DNA of 64,000 bases, from positions 1 through 64,000 of the IMG/VR virus record IMGVR_UViG_2751185860_000001. One strand, written 5' to 3'. Source of the stretch: a virus (taxonomy: Duplodnaviria > Caudoviricetes). A program made the position numbers and the translations under genes. The notes below the pieces were generated by a model, which did no database searches, was not told the DNA's origin, and worked only from the letters and a program-made list of their open reading frames with translations. Shown here one piece after another: positions 47,375-57,094 of the stretch (position 1 is its first letter; each line of letters opens with the position of its first letter).

Positions 47375-48451
47375 ATGGATATAAGTTTTTTTAATCACAA
47401 CGCATTCTCAATGGCAACAATGATGAAAGCGATTGAGAATTACGCGTTTAAACCTGATCTGATTGGTTCACTTAACCTTTTTGAGGAAGTTGAGACAAAC
47501 AAGACAACAGTTGGCATTGAGAGACGTGACAACAAATTATCACTCATTCCAACAAGTGAACGTGGTGCGCCTTTAATAGAAGCAGGTAGAGATAGTCGCA
47601 ACGTTCGGTTTTTTCCAACAACACGTATTGCTAAAAGCGACACAATAAAGGCGGAAGAAATTCAAGACCGCCGAGAGTTTGGTACAGAAGACCAGCTTGA
47701 AACAGCGATGAAATTTATCGCTAAAAGGCAAAAGAATCTGATTGGGGAAATTGAACTGACCTGGGAAAATATGCAGCTTGGAGCTATTCAAGGTATTGTT
47801 CTCGATGCTGATGGATCAGTGCTTTATGATTGGTATAAGGAATGGGGGATCACACCACCAGAGCCTATTGATTTTAAACTAAATGAGGACACAACCGATG
47901 TTTCTTATATGGTTAATCAAATTCGCATCAAGATGGTTAAAGCTTCAGGCAATACATTTTCCACTCGTTCACGAATTATTGGGTTTTGTGGAGATGAATT
48001 CTTTTTCAAGTTAAAAAATCACAAAACAATTCGTGAAACTTATCTCAACACATCTTTAGCACAAACATTAAATAGTACAGCAGGTATCGCAACGCCTGGA
48101 GCTATTGAATTAGGAAGCTTTGGAAGTTTTGATTTTGCTGGTGCGACGTTTGTTAATTACTGCAACATTCATGATTATAATATGAATACTAAATCCAAGA
48201 CAAAACGAAGCATAGGTATTAAGCCTGATGAATGTCAATTTGTTCCTGTTAATGTGCCTGGTGTATTCCAAAAAACATTTGCTCCGGGTGAAAGTTGGAA
48301 GGTTGTTAATACAGTCGGTAAACCTCTTTATCCTACACTTGTTATAGATCGCGATAATGACGCGTGGGTGAGAGCTGAAGTATACAGTTATCCACTCTTC
48401 ATTTGCGCGCGTCCTGAAATGCTCTTCAAAGCAGTTGTGAAAGCACAATAA
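47375..48451 (+). CDS. Major capsid protein (lambda gpE family)
   Basis: LSLIPTSERGAP, SYPLFICARPE. Confidence 0.9.
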   Translation: MDISFFNHNAFSMATMMKAIENYAFKPDLIGSLNLFEEVETNKTTVGIERRDNKLSLIPTSERGAPLIEAGRDSRNVRFFPTTRIAKSDTIKAEEIQDRREFGTEDQLETAMKFIAKRQKNLIGEIELTWENMQLGAIQGIVLDADGSVLYDWYKEWGITPPEPIDFKLNEDTTDVSYMVNQIRIKMVKASGNTFSTRSRIIGFCGDEFFFKLKNHKTIRETYLNTSLAQTLNSTAGIATPGAIELGSFGSFDFAGATFVNYCNIHDYNMNTKSKTKRSIGIKPDECQFVPVNVPGVFQKTFAPGESWKVVNTVGKPLYPTLVIDRDNDAWVRAEVYSYPLFICARPEMLFKAVVKAQ

Positions 48452-48452
48452 A

Positions 48453-48797
48453 ATGCAATGGCATGGGCTGCTCAGTCAAATGATTGAAGATGTACGTAAC
48501 ACTTTTGGGCAGCCCGTGATCTATACACGAAAAAAAACAGGGCAATCTTTTCATATCACAGCGATTTACAGCATTAAGCATGCTGAACAAGAAGCGGGGG
48601 GAAGAGTCAAAACAACAATCCCAAGGAAAGAACTTGATATCTGCATCAACGATATTGGTGGAGTACAACCTGAACTCGGAGATCATATTGTTTTGCTTGC
48701 TTCCCAGGAGAATTTTTCTGTCGCAAATGTGCAAGCGTCGGAATCCAATATGTACAAGCTTATCCTACGCGAAGAATCTGTCGTAAACAGGAGCTAA
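48453..48797 (+). CDS. Head-tail joining protein
   Basis: 114 aa after the capsid gene; TFGQPVIY. Confidence 0.65.
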   Translation: MQWHGLLSQMIEDVRNTFGQPVIYTRKKTGQSFHITAIYSIKHAEQEAGGRVKTTIPRKELDICINDIGGVQPELGDHIVLLASQENFSVANVQASESNMYKLILREESVVNRS

Positions 48798-48798
48798 G

Positions 48799-49320
48799 AT
48801 GCATCCACGAGATACATTAAGAGAGACGTTTGTTGAGTTGATCAAATCTGGCAAGACATCGGCTGGTGATGAAGTTTACAATATGCGAGACTTTAATTTT
48901 TTTAATGAAGAGCATCCGTTTGTTAATGTATCGACCCCAAACGAAACGATAGAAGATGGGCATGATTATGGAGCAAGACGACGTATTTTAACGGTTGATG
49001 TTGAATGCTATGACACGAGAGACAATGGAGCACGCTTTGTTGATCAATTAGCCTGGGAAATAGAAACGATTTTCCATAGCAATCCCAGTCTCAACAACAC
49101 AGTTGAAAACTGTCGCTTACAAAACATAGCCATGGCTTTTGGTGATAACGGCTCCTTAGCATTGCATGGTTCCATTTTAACCTTTGAAGTCACTTATGTA
49201 ACCAATATCCCTCCTGAAGAAGAAGGCGCTGTCTTTTTTGAACCTTGTGTAGGCTTTGATCCCGATACAGGGCCTAACAATGAGGATAAATATCAAACCA
49301 CTGGAAATTCCCCATGTTAG
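48799..49320 (+). CDS. Tail terminator-like protein
   Basis: 173 aa; FVDQLAWEIE...FEVTY. Confidence 0.6.
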   Translation: MHPRDTLRETFVELIKSGKTSAGDEVYNMRDFNFFNEEHPFVNVSTPNETIEDGHDYGARRRILTVDVECYDTRDNGARFVDQLAWEIETIFHSNPSLNNTVENCRLQNIAMAFGDNGSLALHGSILTFEVTYVTNIPPEEEGAVFFEPCVGFDPDTGPNNEDKYQTTGNSPC

Positions 49321-50051
49321 AGCGGCGTGATAGCGAAATCACAGATTTAAAAAGGCGTGTGGCCAATATGGTTATGGTGGGCAAGATTAGCCACGTTGAT
49401 CATAAAAACGCACGCTATCGTGTTCAAAGCGGTCATATTGTAAGTGATTGGATTCCAGATACACAGGCCCGTGCAGGAAAAACTCGTTCCTATGAAGGAC
49501 GTGATGTGGGTGAGCAAGTTATTGTCCTTTCCACATCAGGTGATTTATCACAAGGGATGATTATTGGCTCTATTCATACAGATGCCAATCAAGCAGCTGA
49601 TAAGGGCAATATCCATACAACCATATACCCTGATGGCACAACGGTTGAATATGACGATGAGACAAGCACTTACTCATTGACGATTAAGTCAGAAGGCAAA
49701 TTCATTTTAACGATATCCGACGGCGTTTCCATGAAAGGTGAAGGAGGTGAATTAGAAATCACCGCTCCAGAGGGCATAAAGATTATTTCAGAAAGTGATA
49801 TGACTTTAAAAGCAGATGGAAACATGACACTGGAGGCAGAGGGAGATGTTTCTATCAAATCAAGTGATGGGGTTTCTCTTGAGTCAGGCAGTCATATGTC
49901 CCTTAAATCAAGTAGTGGCACCTCTCTCAAAGCGGGTGGTGAGGTGTCTGTTAAATCAAGTGGGTTAAAGCATAATAGTGTTAACGTCGGAAGTGGCCAT
50001 AAACACCCTGGTGTTACATCTGGTAATGCTATGACGGGAGGCCCCATTTGA
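49314..50051 (+). CDS. Baseplate spike protein (P2 gpV-like)
   Basis: OB-fold VGEQVIVLSTSGDLSQG, beta-helix repeats, tip HKHPGV. Confidence 0.9.
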   Translation: MLERRDSEITDLKRRVANMVMVGKISHVDHKNARYRVQSGHIVSDWIPDTQARAGKTRSYEGRDVGEQVIVLSTSGDLSQGMIIGSIHTDANQAADKGNIHTTIYPDGTTVEYDDETSTYSLTIKSEGKFILTISDGVSMKGEGGELEITAPEGIKIISESDMTLKADGNMTLEAEGDVSIKSSDGVSLESGSHMSLKSSSGTSLKAGGEVSVKSSGLKHNSVNVGSGHKHPGVTSGNAMTGGPI

Positions 50052-50389
50052 GTGTAGGAATGAATTGTCAGACAGGCAAATCCATGGTCGGAGTTGATCA
50101 CTTGCGTCAGTCCATCATAGATATTTTAACGACACGGATAGGAACACGGGTTATGCGTCGTGATTATGGATCACGTGTTCTTGATCTGATTGATGATCCA
50201 GTCAATGAAACCTTTAAGGTTGCCATTTATGCAGCTGTTGCAGAGGCTTTAGATAGATGGGAGCCTCGTTTAAAGCTTCAACAAGTGAATTTAACTTCTG
50301 TTGAACCGGGAAAAGTTTCCATGTTTTTTGAAGGAATTTACATCCCTTCAGGAAAGCCAATCACTATGGAAGGATTGCAGATAGGATGA
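50048..50389 (+). CDS. Baseplate wedge protein (gpW/gp25-like)
   Basis: HLRQSIIDILTTRIGTRVMRRDYGS...RWEPRL. Confidence 0.92.
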   Translation: MSVGMNCQTGKSMVGVDHLRQSIIDILTTRIGTRVMRRDYGSRVLDLIDDPVNETFKVAIYAAVAEALDRWEPRLKLQQVNLTSVEPGKVSMFFEGIYIPSGKPITMEGLQIG

Positions 50390-51210
50390 ATGAGGATTTC
50401 ATAAAACCAGAAATCATTCCAGAGCTTTCTATTGAAGAAATACGTGCTGCTTGTCTTGAGAGTTTAAAACAGCTTTTACCCAATTACACACCTTTGGAAA
50501 GTGATCCAGCGGTTAAAATCATTGAGGTTGCAAGTTACAGAGAGTTTTTATTAAGGCAGCGTATTAATGAGGCTGCACGCAACACTGTTCTTGATTTTGC
50601 AAAGGGGGAAGCTCTTGATGCTTTGGGTGAGTGGCATGGTGTTGAACGCTTAGAAGGTGAAAGCGATGACAACTATCGTGAACGCATTAAGCTTCGTGTA
50701 CGGGCTGGTAAAGGGGGTGGAACAGAGCCTTATTATAGGTATTTCGCCTTATCAGCAGATAATCGTGTGAAGGATGCGGTCATTTATCGAAAAGGAAGAA
50801 ATCCTACCATTCACGTGGCTATTTTTGGCAAGAATGAGCAAGGAACAGCGAGTGAGGAATTATTACAAAGAGTCAAAGAAGTGCTGACGGATAAAAGTGT
50901 GATTATGACCAATGATACCATTGAAGTTCACGCTGCAGTGACAAAGGTTTTAGATTTAGAAGCAGATGTTTGGCTCTTACCTGAAATCTCTTTAGAGATC
51001 TTAACCCAAATGGAAGCAAATTTACGGGCAGCTTGGAAGAAAGAGCAAGCCCTTGGTCGTGAGTTGAGTTCATCATGGTGGATTTCAAAACTGATGATCC
51101 CTGGTGTGCAAAAAGTCATTGCTGTTAACCCAACAAATGATATTGCCGTCTCCAGTGAAGAGGTTTTAGCCATTGGTAAAGTAACACTCAATTTCAAAGG
51201 GCGTCTATAG
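50386..51210 (+). CDS. Baseplate J-like protein
   Basis: LESDPAVKIIEVASYRE, AKGEALDALG. Confidence 0.9.
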   Translation: MNEDFIKPEIIPELSIEEIRAACLESLKQLLPNYTPLESDPAVKIIEVASYREFLLRQRINEAARNTVLDFAKGEALDALGEWHGVERLEGESDDNYRERIKLRVRAGKGGGTEPYYRYFALSADNRVKDAVIYRKGRNPTIHVAIFGKNEQGTASEELLQRVKEVLTDKSVIMTNDTIEVHAAVTKVLDLEADVWLLPEISLEILTQMEANLRAAWKKEQALGRELSSSWWISKLMIPGVQKVIAVNPTNDIAVSSEEVLAIGKVTLNFKGRL

Positions 51211-51212
51211 TA

Positions 51213-52484
51213 ATGCTTGGGTGCTTACTTCCAACAAATACAACACAATTTGAAAAGCGCCTTGCCGATGCTTGTGACTTTCATAAAGACATTGAAGATT
51301 CAATCAATTTTATCTCTCGTGCAAAGCTTGATATCATAGACCCAAGCTTCTTGCCATGGTTGGTTGAAGAATATGGGCTTGGAGAACTAACATCTTATGT
51401 TCCGGATTTCTCTGTTTTGCTTGAAACGGGACCGGAATGGCAGCGGGTACGTGGATCTTTAGCGGCTATTGATAAAGGGCTTGAATGGTTAGATCTGAAT
51501 GCACATTTCGTAGGAGCATGGCCAGAGCGAAAATGGTGGAATTCATTCCAGCTTTATTTTGATCAATTGCCTGATACAGACAAACTTAAAGCTATTGAAG
51601 GGATCGTTAAGCTTTCTGAATGTTTGCGCTCTGATCTTTGGCGTGGTATTCATGGTTATGACGCTCCCATTGTAGAAGGGAATATATCTCGCTTAGATGA
51701 CAGCATGTTTGACTCTCAAAGTGGTGTGTGCGTGACAGAAAGCGGCACAGTATTTTCCTTTGGGCGTTCTAAAGAAATAAGCCTCACTTTAACTGAAGAA
51801 GACGGAAAGTTCATTGGCAATTGGATTGATGATCAAGAAGAGCTCGTTTGGGAAGGTTTAGATTATCCATGGGATAGAGCAAATTTCCCTTGGGAGTCAG
51901 CGCAAATAAGTGAGCATGATGTATTGATAGCATCTCAGTTTAAGGATCGTTCCCTTTATAATGAAAATGATGAACTTATTGACAATTGGATTGATGATGA
52001 GAATGAGGAGTTCAGTTGGAAAAGTTTAGATTATCCATGGGATGAAGCAAATGTTCCTTGGGTATCAGATCAAAAAAATGGGCGCGATATATTGATGGCG
52101 AATTGGTTTAAAGATCGCACCCTTTATCTGGCTTTAAGAGATAACAATAATAAGCTGATTGGTTATCGAAGATGTAACATTGTCCAGCAAGTGACAAGAG
52201 TTTCAGATGGAGTTTACAGTTATTCAGGTCATCGCTTTACACCCTTTATAAAGGGTACAAAAGTTTTGCTTGCAGCACGAACACAGTTTGATGATATCAA
52301 CGATAAACAAGCAGCGTTTGTTTCCGTTTTCGTGCATGCGGCTCCTGCAAAACATATCTCGCCTGGCAAACTATGGTTAGAGCCTGATGAGCTTATTGAT
52401 GGCGTGGAGATTCTCAAAACCCCTGTCTCTCTATCTTTACGTAAAGACGTTCGTGAACAATTCAAAATTTTATTGAGGTTTTAA
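51213..52484 (+). CDS. Baseplate/tail protein I-like with internal duplication
   Basis: LLPTNTTQFEKRL, FLPWLVEEYGL, RGSLAAI. Confidence 0.8.
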   Translation: MLGCLLPTNTTQFEKRLADACDFHKDIEDSINFISRAKLDIIDPSFLPWLVEEYGLGELTSYVPDFSVLLETGPEWQRVRGSLAAIDKGLEWLDLNAHFVGAWPERKWWNSFQLYFDQLPDTDKLKAIEGIVKLSECLRSDLWRGIHGYDAPIVEGNISRLDDSMFDSQSGVCVTESGTVFSFGRSKEISLTLTEEDGKFIGNWIDDQEELVWEGLDYPWDRANFPWESAQISEHDVLIASQFKDRSLYNENDELIDNWIDDENEEFSWKSLDYPWDEANVPWVSDQKNGRDILMANWFKDRTLYLALRDNNNKLIGYRRCNIVQQVTRVSDGVYSYSGHRFTPFIKGTKVLLAARTQFDDINDKQAAFVSVFVHAAPAKHISPGKLWLEPDELIDGVEILKTPVSLSLRKDVREQFKILLRF

Positions 52485-52485
52485 T

Positions 52486-55400
52486 ATGGAGCATGAAAGC
52501 GGTTTGCCGTTTGCAATTGACCGATCTGTAGGCAAAGACGAACAACAAAGCGTCGTATTCTATGGAGAACGCCCCTTTATTCAAAGCGCAGAACTCAATG
52601 AAGTTCAAACCATTATTCGTGGCCGTCATGATCGTTTAGGAAGACTTGTGGCCAAAGAAGGTGACCGTATTGAGCGTGCCGATGCTTTCGTTGATCAAAG
52701 CACTCAAAAAGTCACTTTGACAGAAGGGAAAATCTTTATCGCAGGGGATATTTTCCCTGTAGCAGAAACCGTTTTAAACAATGTCCCCATGCTTGGACGT
52801 GTAGAGATCGGTGTGAAACTCCAAAAACAATGGATAACCCATGAAGATGATCCACAGTTATTAGGTCAAATTCCAGGCACATTGGCAGAAGGTGAACCAG
52901 GAGCAGCAAGGGAAACAGCAAAGCTTGTATGGGCTTTACAAAATGACAAACAAGAAGGTGTTTTCTTCCCCGTCTATATCTTACAAGATGGCACTTTGAT
53001 TGATCAGAAGCCCCCTTCATTGTTAGAGCCTGCCTTGCAAGCTATTGCAACTTATGACCGTGCTCATGGGCATTATATTGTCAATGGTTGTCGGGTGACA
53101 GCCTTAGGACAAAATGATGGCAAACAAATATTTAGTATAGAAGAAGGCGAAGCCAATATTAATGGCTTTAAGCATAAACGCCTTGCTGCTTTAAGGCATG
53201 AAGAGCCAGAAGACTACTGTGAAGGTATAGTGCCAAGTGAAACACATCTCTTTACATCCAAGAAAGCCAAGGCAACTAAATCGGAGAAGACAAGCTTTAC
53301 GTTTGAAACTTATTATTTTCCCATCGCAACTGTTCACTCTATTTTACTCACAAAAGAAAAGACCACTAATGTCACCCGCGGTGGCGTAGCCTCAGGGCGT
53401 GATGGAGTTCCCGATAAAAGTGTTGTCAGTTTTGTGAAAGTCGTTCAAGGGGATAAGGAATTTAAAGAAGGTGTAGACTTTAAAAAGACTGGTGATACGA
53501 TTGACTGGTCTTTATCTGGTGATGAGCCTAAACCAGGTAGCACTTATGAGGTCACCTATCATTATCGTGCAAAGGTGGATGCTGATAAGGTCACAGCGCG
53601 GGAAATTACTGTTTCAGATGGTGCTGAAGGTGGAGATATTATTGTCAGTTACACCTACAAACTCCCTCGTATTGACCGCATAGGCTTAAATGCTCAAGGT
53701 GGAGTGGTTTACATTCAGGGGATTTCAGCAGACAATCCCATAGCACCTAGTGTTCCTGATGATATCTTATCGCTTGCAACGATCACAAATAATTGGCTTG
53801 ATTATCCACGTGTCGATAATAATGGCACACGTGTTGCCCCTTATGCTGAAATGTGGCGCTATTTTAACCGTGTTCTTGACCTTGATCGGTTGTTACAGCT
53901 TGAAAAGATTAAGAGCAATGTTGATTCAAAAGAACCTGTCTCTAAAAAAGGGATGATTGCCGATCCTTTTCTTGATGACAGTCTTCGTGATGAAGGAATC
54001 GAGCAAACAGGTGCCATAGGTCATGGCTTGTTACGCCTTGCCATTGAGCCTACATTTTACTACGCTTCCTTAAATGAGCCTGTTACCCTTGATTGGGAGA
54101 ATGAAGTCATCATTGCGCAAGAATTGATGACTGCTTGCGAGAAAATCAATCCTTATCAAAACTTTGACCCATTGCCAGGCACACTCGCTCTCACCCCTGC
54201 AACGGACTTCTGGCGTGTTCAGCGTACAGATTGGCTTTCAGGTGTGACCAATGAATTGTCGATGGGCAGCCGTCCTGGGGGTGGTCGTACTACAGAAACG
54301 AAGGATGAACTGGTCAGCACACATCAAGAGCAAATTGATTTCTTAAGACAAATTGATCTCAACTTTAAGATTGAAGGCTTTGGTAAAGGAGAGATTTTAG
54401 AAAGTCTGACATTTGATGGCGTTAATGTTTTACCAAAAGAGACACTTACTGCCAATCCTCAAGGCATTATTGAAGGGAAATTTAAAATTCCCAAAGACAT
54501 CACAGCAGGAACAAAGAACGTCATTGCTGTTGGTACAGGAAAAACAACGGCTACAGGCCTTTTCACAGGGCAAGGTGTGATTGATGTGCAGGTTATGCGG
54601 CGTGTCACAACAGTGCGTGTATGGAAAAAATCTGATCCACAAGCACAAGTCTTTACACCCGATGAAACGCGGCAAATAACAGGTATTGATTTCCATATTT
54701 GCAAGATTGGTAATCGTGCTCATGATTTGATGATTGATCTTGTTACAACAGACAATGGCTATCCTACATCTGACATTCAAGCACAAGCTCTTTATTCAAT
54801 GAAAGAGGCTGAAACGGGATGGGCTGCAGCACGTTATAGTGTTCCATTAACTGTGCTTAATGATCGTTTAACCGCCTTTGTCATTAAAACAGATGATGGC
54901 GATCATTCTGTTTCATTAGCAAAACTTGGAGATTTTGACGAAGAAAACCAAAGATATGTTTCTAGCCATCCTTATATCACAGGTCCTCGTTTTTCTTCTG
55001 TGAATGCGCAAACATGGACAGCTCATCAAGATGAAGCCTTAGCATTTCGTGTACTTGCTGCTCGTTATACACAAACAGAAAAAACTGTCGATTTAGGTGA
55101 GTTTGATCTTAAAGAATGTTCTGATTTGCAGGTGCGTGCAGCGATTGAATTGCCTTCCAGTGAATGTTCTGTCATCTTTGAAATTGAACGCAACAACGGT
55201 ACAATTTATCAACTCTTACCGTTCCAATTGCTGAGTTTAACGGAATATATCAGTGAAAAAGTCCAGTTACGTGCCATTTTAAAAGGGACCGGGAAGCTAT
55301 CGCCAGTGTTGTTTGCTCCCATTGAATTGATCGCGGGCAAGATTAGAAAAGAAGCAACCTATGTCACACGTGCTTTTTCCTTTGGAGAAAAGTCGAGACT

Positions 55401-55644
55401 AACCAGTTATATTAAAACTTTTTTACCAGGCGGTTCGACTTTCAAAATGGAGCTGCAACTGGATGATGGTGATTTCACTTCCCTAAAATTAGAAGAAACA
55501 GAACAACTCGCACAGCCACTTTGGACGGAACGTAAATTTGTCAGTGAAGATAAGACAGCTGGGCAAGCGCGTTTGAGACTGACATTAACTGGCGGTCCTG
55601 CTGCACGTTCTATGGCAAGTGATTTTGGTGCGGGAATTATGTGA
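52486..55644 (+). CDS. Large baseplate/fibre-attachment protein (DUF4815-like)
   Basis: 1052 aa; FIQSAELNEVQ N-terminus; between gpI and the fibres. Confidence 0.7.
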   Translation: MEHESGLPFAIDRSVGKDEQQSVVFYGERPFIQSAELNEVQTIIRGRHDRLGRLVAKEGDRIERADAFVDQSTQKVTLTEGKIFIAGDIFPVAETVLNNVPMLGRVEIGVKLQKQWITHEDDPQLLGQIPGTLAEGEPGAARETAKLVWALQNDKQEGVFFPVYILQDGTLIDQKPPSLLEPALQAIATYDRAHGHYIVNGCRVTALGQNDGKQIFSIEEGEANINGFKHKRLAALRHEEPEDYCEGIVPSETHLFTSKKAKATKSEKTSFTFETYYFPIATVHSILLTKEKTTNVTRGGVASGRDGVPDKSVVSFVKVVQGDKEFKEGVDFKKTGDTIDWSLSGDEPKPGSTYEVTYHYRAKVDADKVTAREITVSDGAEGGDIIVSYTYKLPRIDRIGLNAQGGVVYIQGISADNPIAPSVPDDILSLATITNNWLDYPRVDNNGTRVAPYAEMWRYFNRVLDLDRLLQLEKIKSNVDSKEPVSKKGMIADPFLDDSLRDEGIEQTGAIGHGLLRLAIEPTFYYASLNEPVTLDWENEVIIAQELMTACEKINPYQNFDPLPGTLALTPATDFWRVQRTDWLSGVTNELSMGSRPGGGRTTETKDELVSTHQEQIDFLRQIDLNFKIEGFGKGEILESLTFDGVNVLPKETLTANPQGIIEGKFKIPKDITAGTKNVIAVGTGKTTATGLFTGQGVIDVQVMRRVTTVRVWKKSDPQAQVFTPDETRQITGIDFHICKIGNRAHDLMIDLVTTDNGYPTSDIQAQALYSMKEAETGWAAARYSVPLTVLNDRLTAFVIKTDDGDHSVSLAKLGDFDEENQRYVSSHPYITGPRFSSVNAQTWTAHQDEALAFRVLAARYTQTEKTVDLGEFDLKECSDLQVRAAIELPSSECSVIFEIERNNGTIYQLLPFQLLSLTEYISEKVQLRAILKGTGKLSPVLFAPIELIAGKIRKEATYVTRAFSFGEKSRLTSYIKTFLPGGSTFKMELQLDDGDFTSLKLEETEQLAQPLWTERKFVSEDKTAGQARLRLTLTGGPAARSMASDFGAGIM

Positions 55645-55657
55645 CAGGAGTAATATC

Positions 55658-57093
55658 ATGGCGAAAACAGAGAAGTTAGGAATGGAATTACCTCAAGAAG
55701 GTCGTTTTATCAGCGCTGAATTTCCTCTTTTACGTAAAAACCTGATTATCATTGACCAAGCCGTTTCTGATCTGGATGAAAAAGTGGATGAGAAGGCTCC
55801 TTCACAGCATACTCATGAGATGAGTGAAGTCAGTGGACTTGAAGATGCACTCAGTGGAAAGATGGAGGTAGATAAGACCTTTGCCTTGGTTGATTTAACT
55901 GATATCCAAGGTGCCAACGATGCAGCTGAAAATCATGTTTTGTATAAATCAGGTGAGGATGCTTTGCCTTTGGCACTGCTCTCTCGCTCTTAGGCGAACA
56001 CCAGCATACCATTGAAGATATCACAGGTCTTGAAGAGTATGTAGAAAGCGTCAATGTAGATTTGAAAGATTATGGGTGTTTGTCTGGTGAAAATGCGTGG
56101 GAAGATACCAATGTTTTCAAAGGTAAAGTCAGTGTTGAAAAGGACATTGAATTAACTGAAACCTCTTCTTTAACTTTGAAACAAAGTGATAAAGTGGTGA
56201 CACAGTTAAATGCAACTGGAAGTTTGCTTAAAGGGCCTCTTAAGGTTGATGGCAAACCCGTTTACACCAAACCGCAAGCGGATAAAGCTATATCGGAAGA
56301 AATAGAAAAACTAAAACAGTCTTTGACTGATGAGAACTCGAGTTGCTCTGTTGTCATCAATAAGCTCGTTCATTGGCCTAAGCGTGCTGATGCCGAGTTA
56401 CTTTACACACAAAGTGGGAAGATTAAGTGGCCAGATTGGATAACCGATGAAGCCGTGGTTGAAATCCAAGCGTGGGGCGGCGGCGGTTCTGGTGGGGGAG
56501 CTGGTCAGATACATTTGGGCGGCGGTGGCGGTGGAGGAGGATGCTCAGTATGGTATGGCCATAAATCAAGTTTGAATGAGCATGAAGACTTCATCATTGG
56601 TAAAGGTGGAGCTTCTGTAAAAGATAAAAATACGTCAGGCAATCCTGGTGGAAAAACAACTGTTGGAAAGAATCTTATCGTAGCCACAGGCGGCGGTGGG
56701 GGGTGGGGAGCTTCTGACACTAGTTCAGGACAAGGTGGTGTTGGAGGAGAAGGAAAAACCGTTACTGAATTAATGGACGGTCGTCCAGATCTTGCCAAAA
56801 GTGGCAATGGTAGCTCGGGAACGAAAGGCAATGCTAGATTTAAAAGTGGCTTTGGTGGTGATGCTGGAGGGGATACATCAAGAGGCGGCTGTGGAGGGAC
56901 TGGCAGGGGGCACTTTATTTCAGGTAAACCAGGTCGTGGATTTGGTGGTGGCGGTGCTGGATCGCATTATCAAAATAATCCCAGTGGCAATGGAGCTAAT
57001 GGTGCTGTTCTTATAAGAATATGGAAGAAACCATATGAAAAGATCAGTGATCTAAATTATAAAGCTTTCAGTACTTTAATGCGACAGGAATAA
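55658..57093 (+). CDS. Tail fibre 1 with glycine-rich tip, interrupted by one missing T at about 55960
   Basis: ORFs 55619-55993 and 56062-57093 join; the paralog reads gaggattgctttg where this copy reads gaggatgctttg. Confidence 0.78.
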
Positions 57094-57094
57094 T

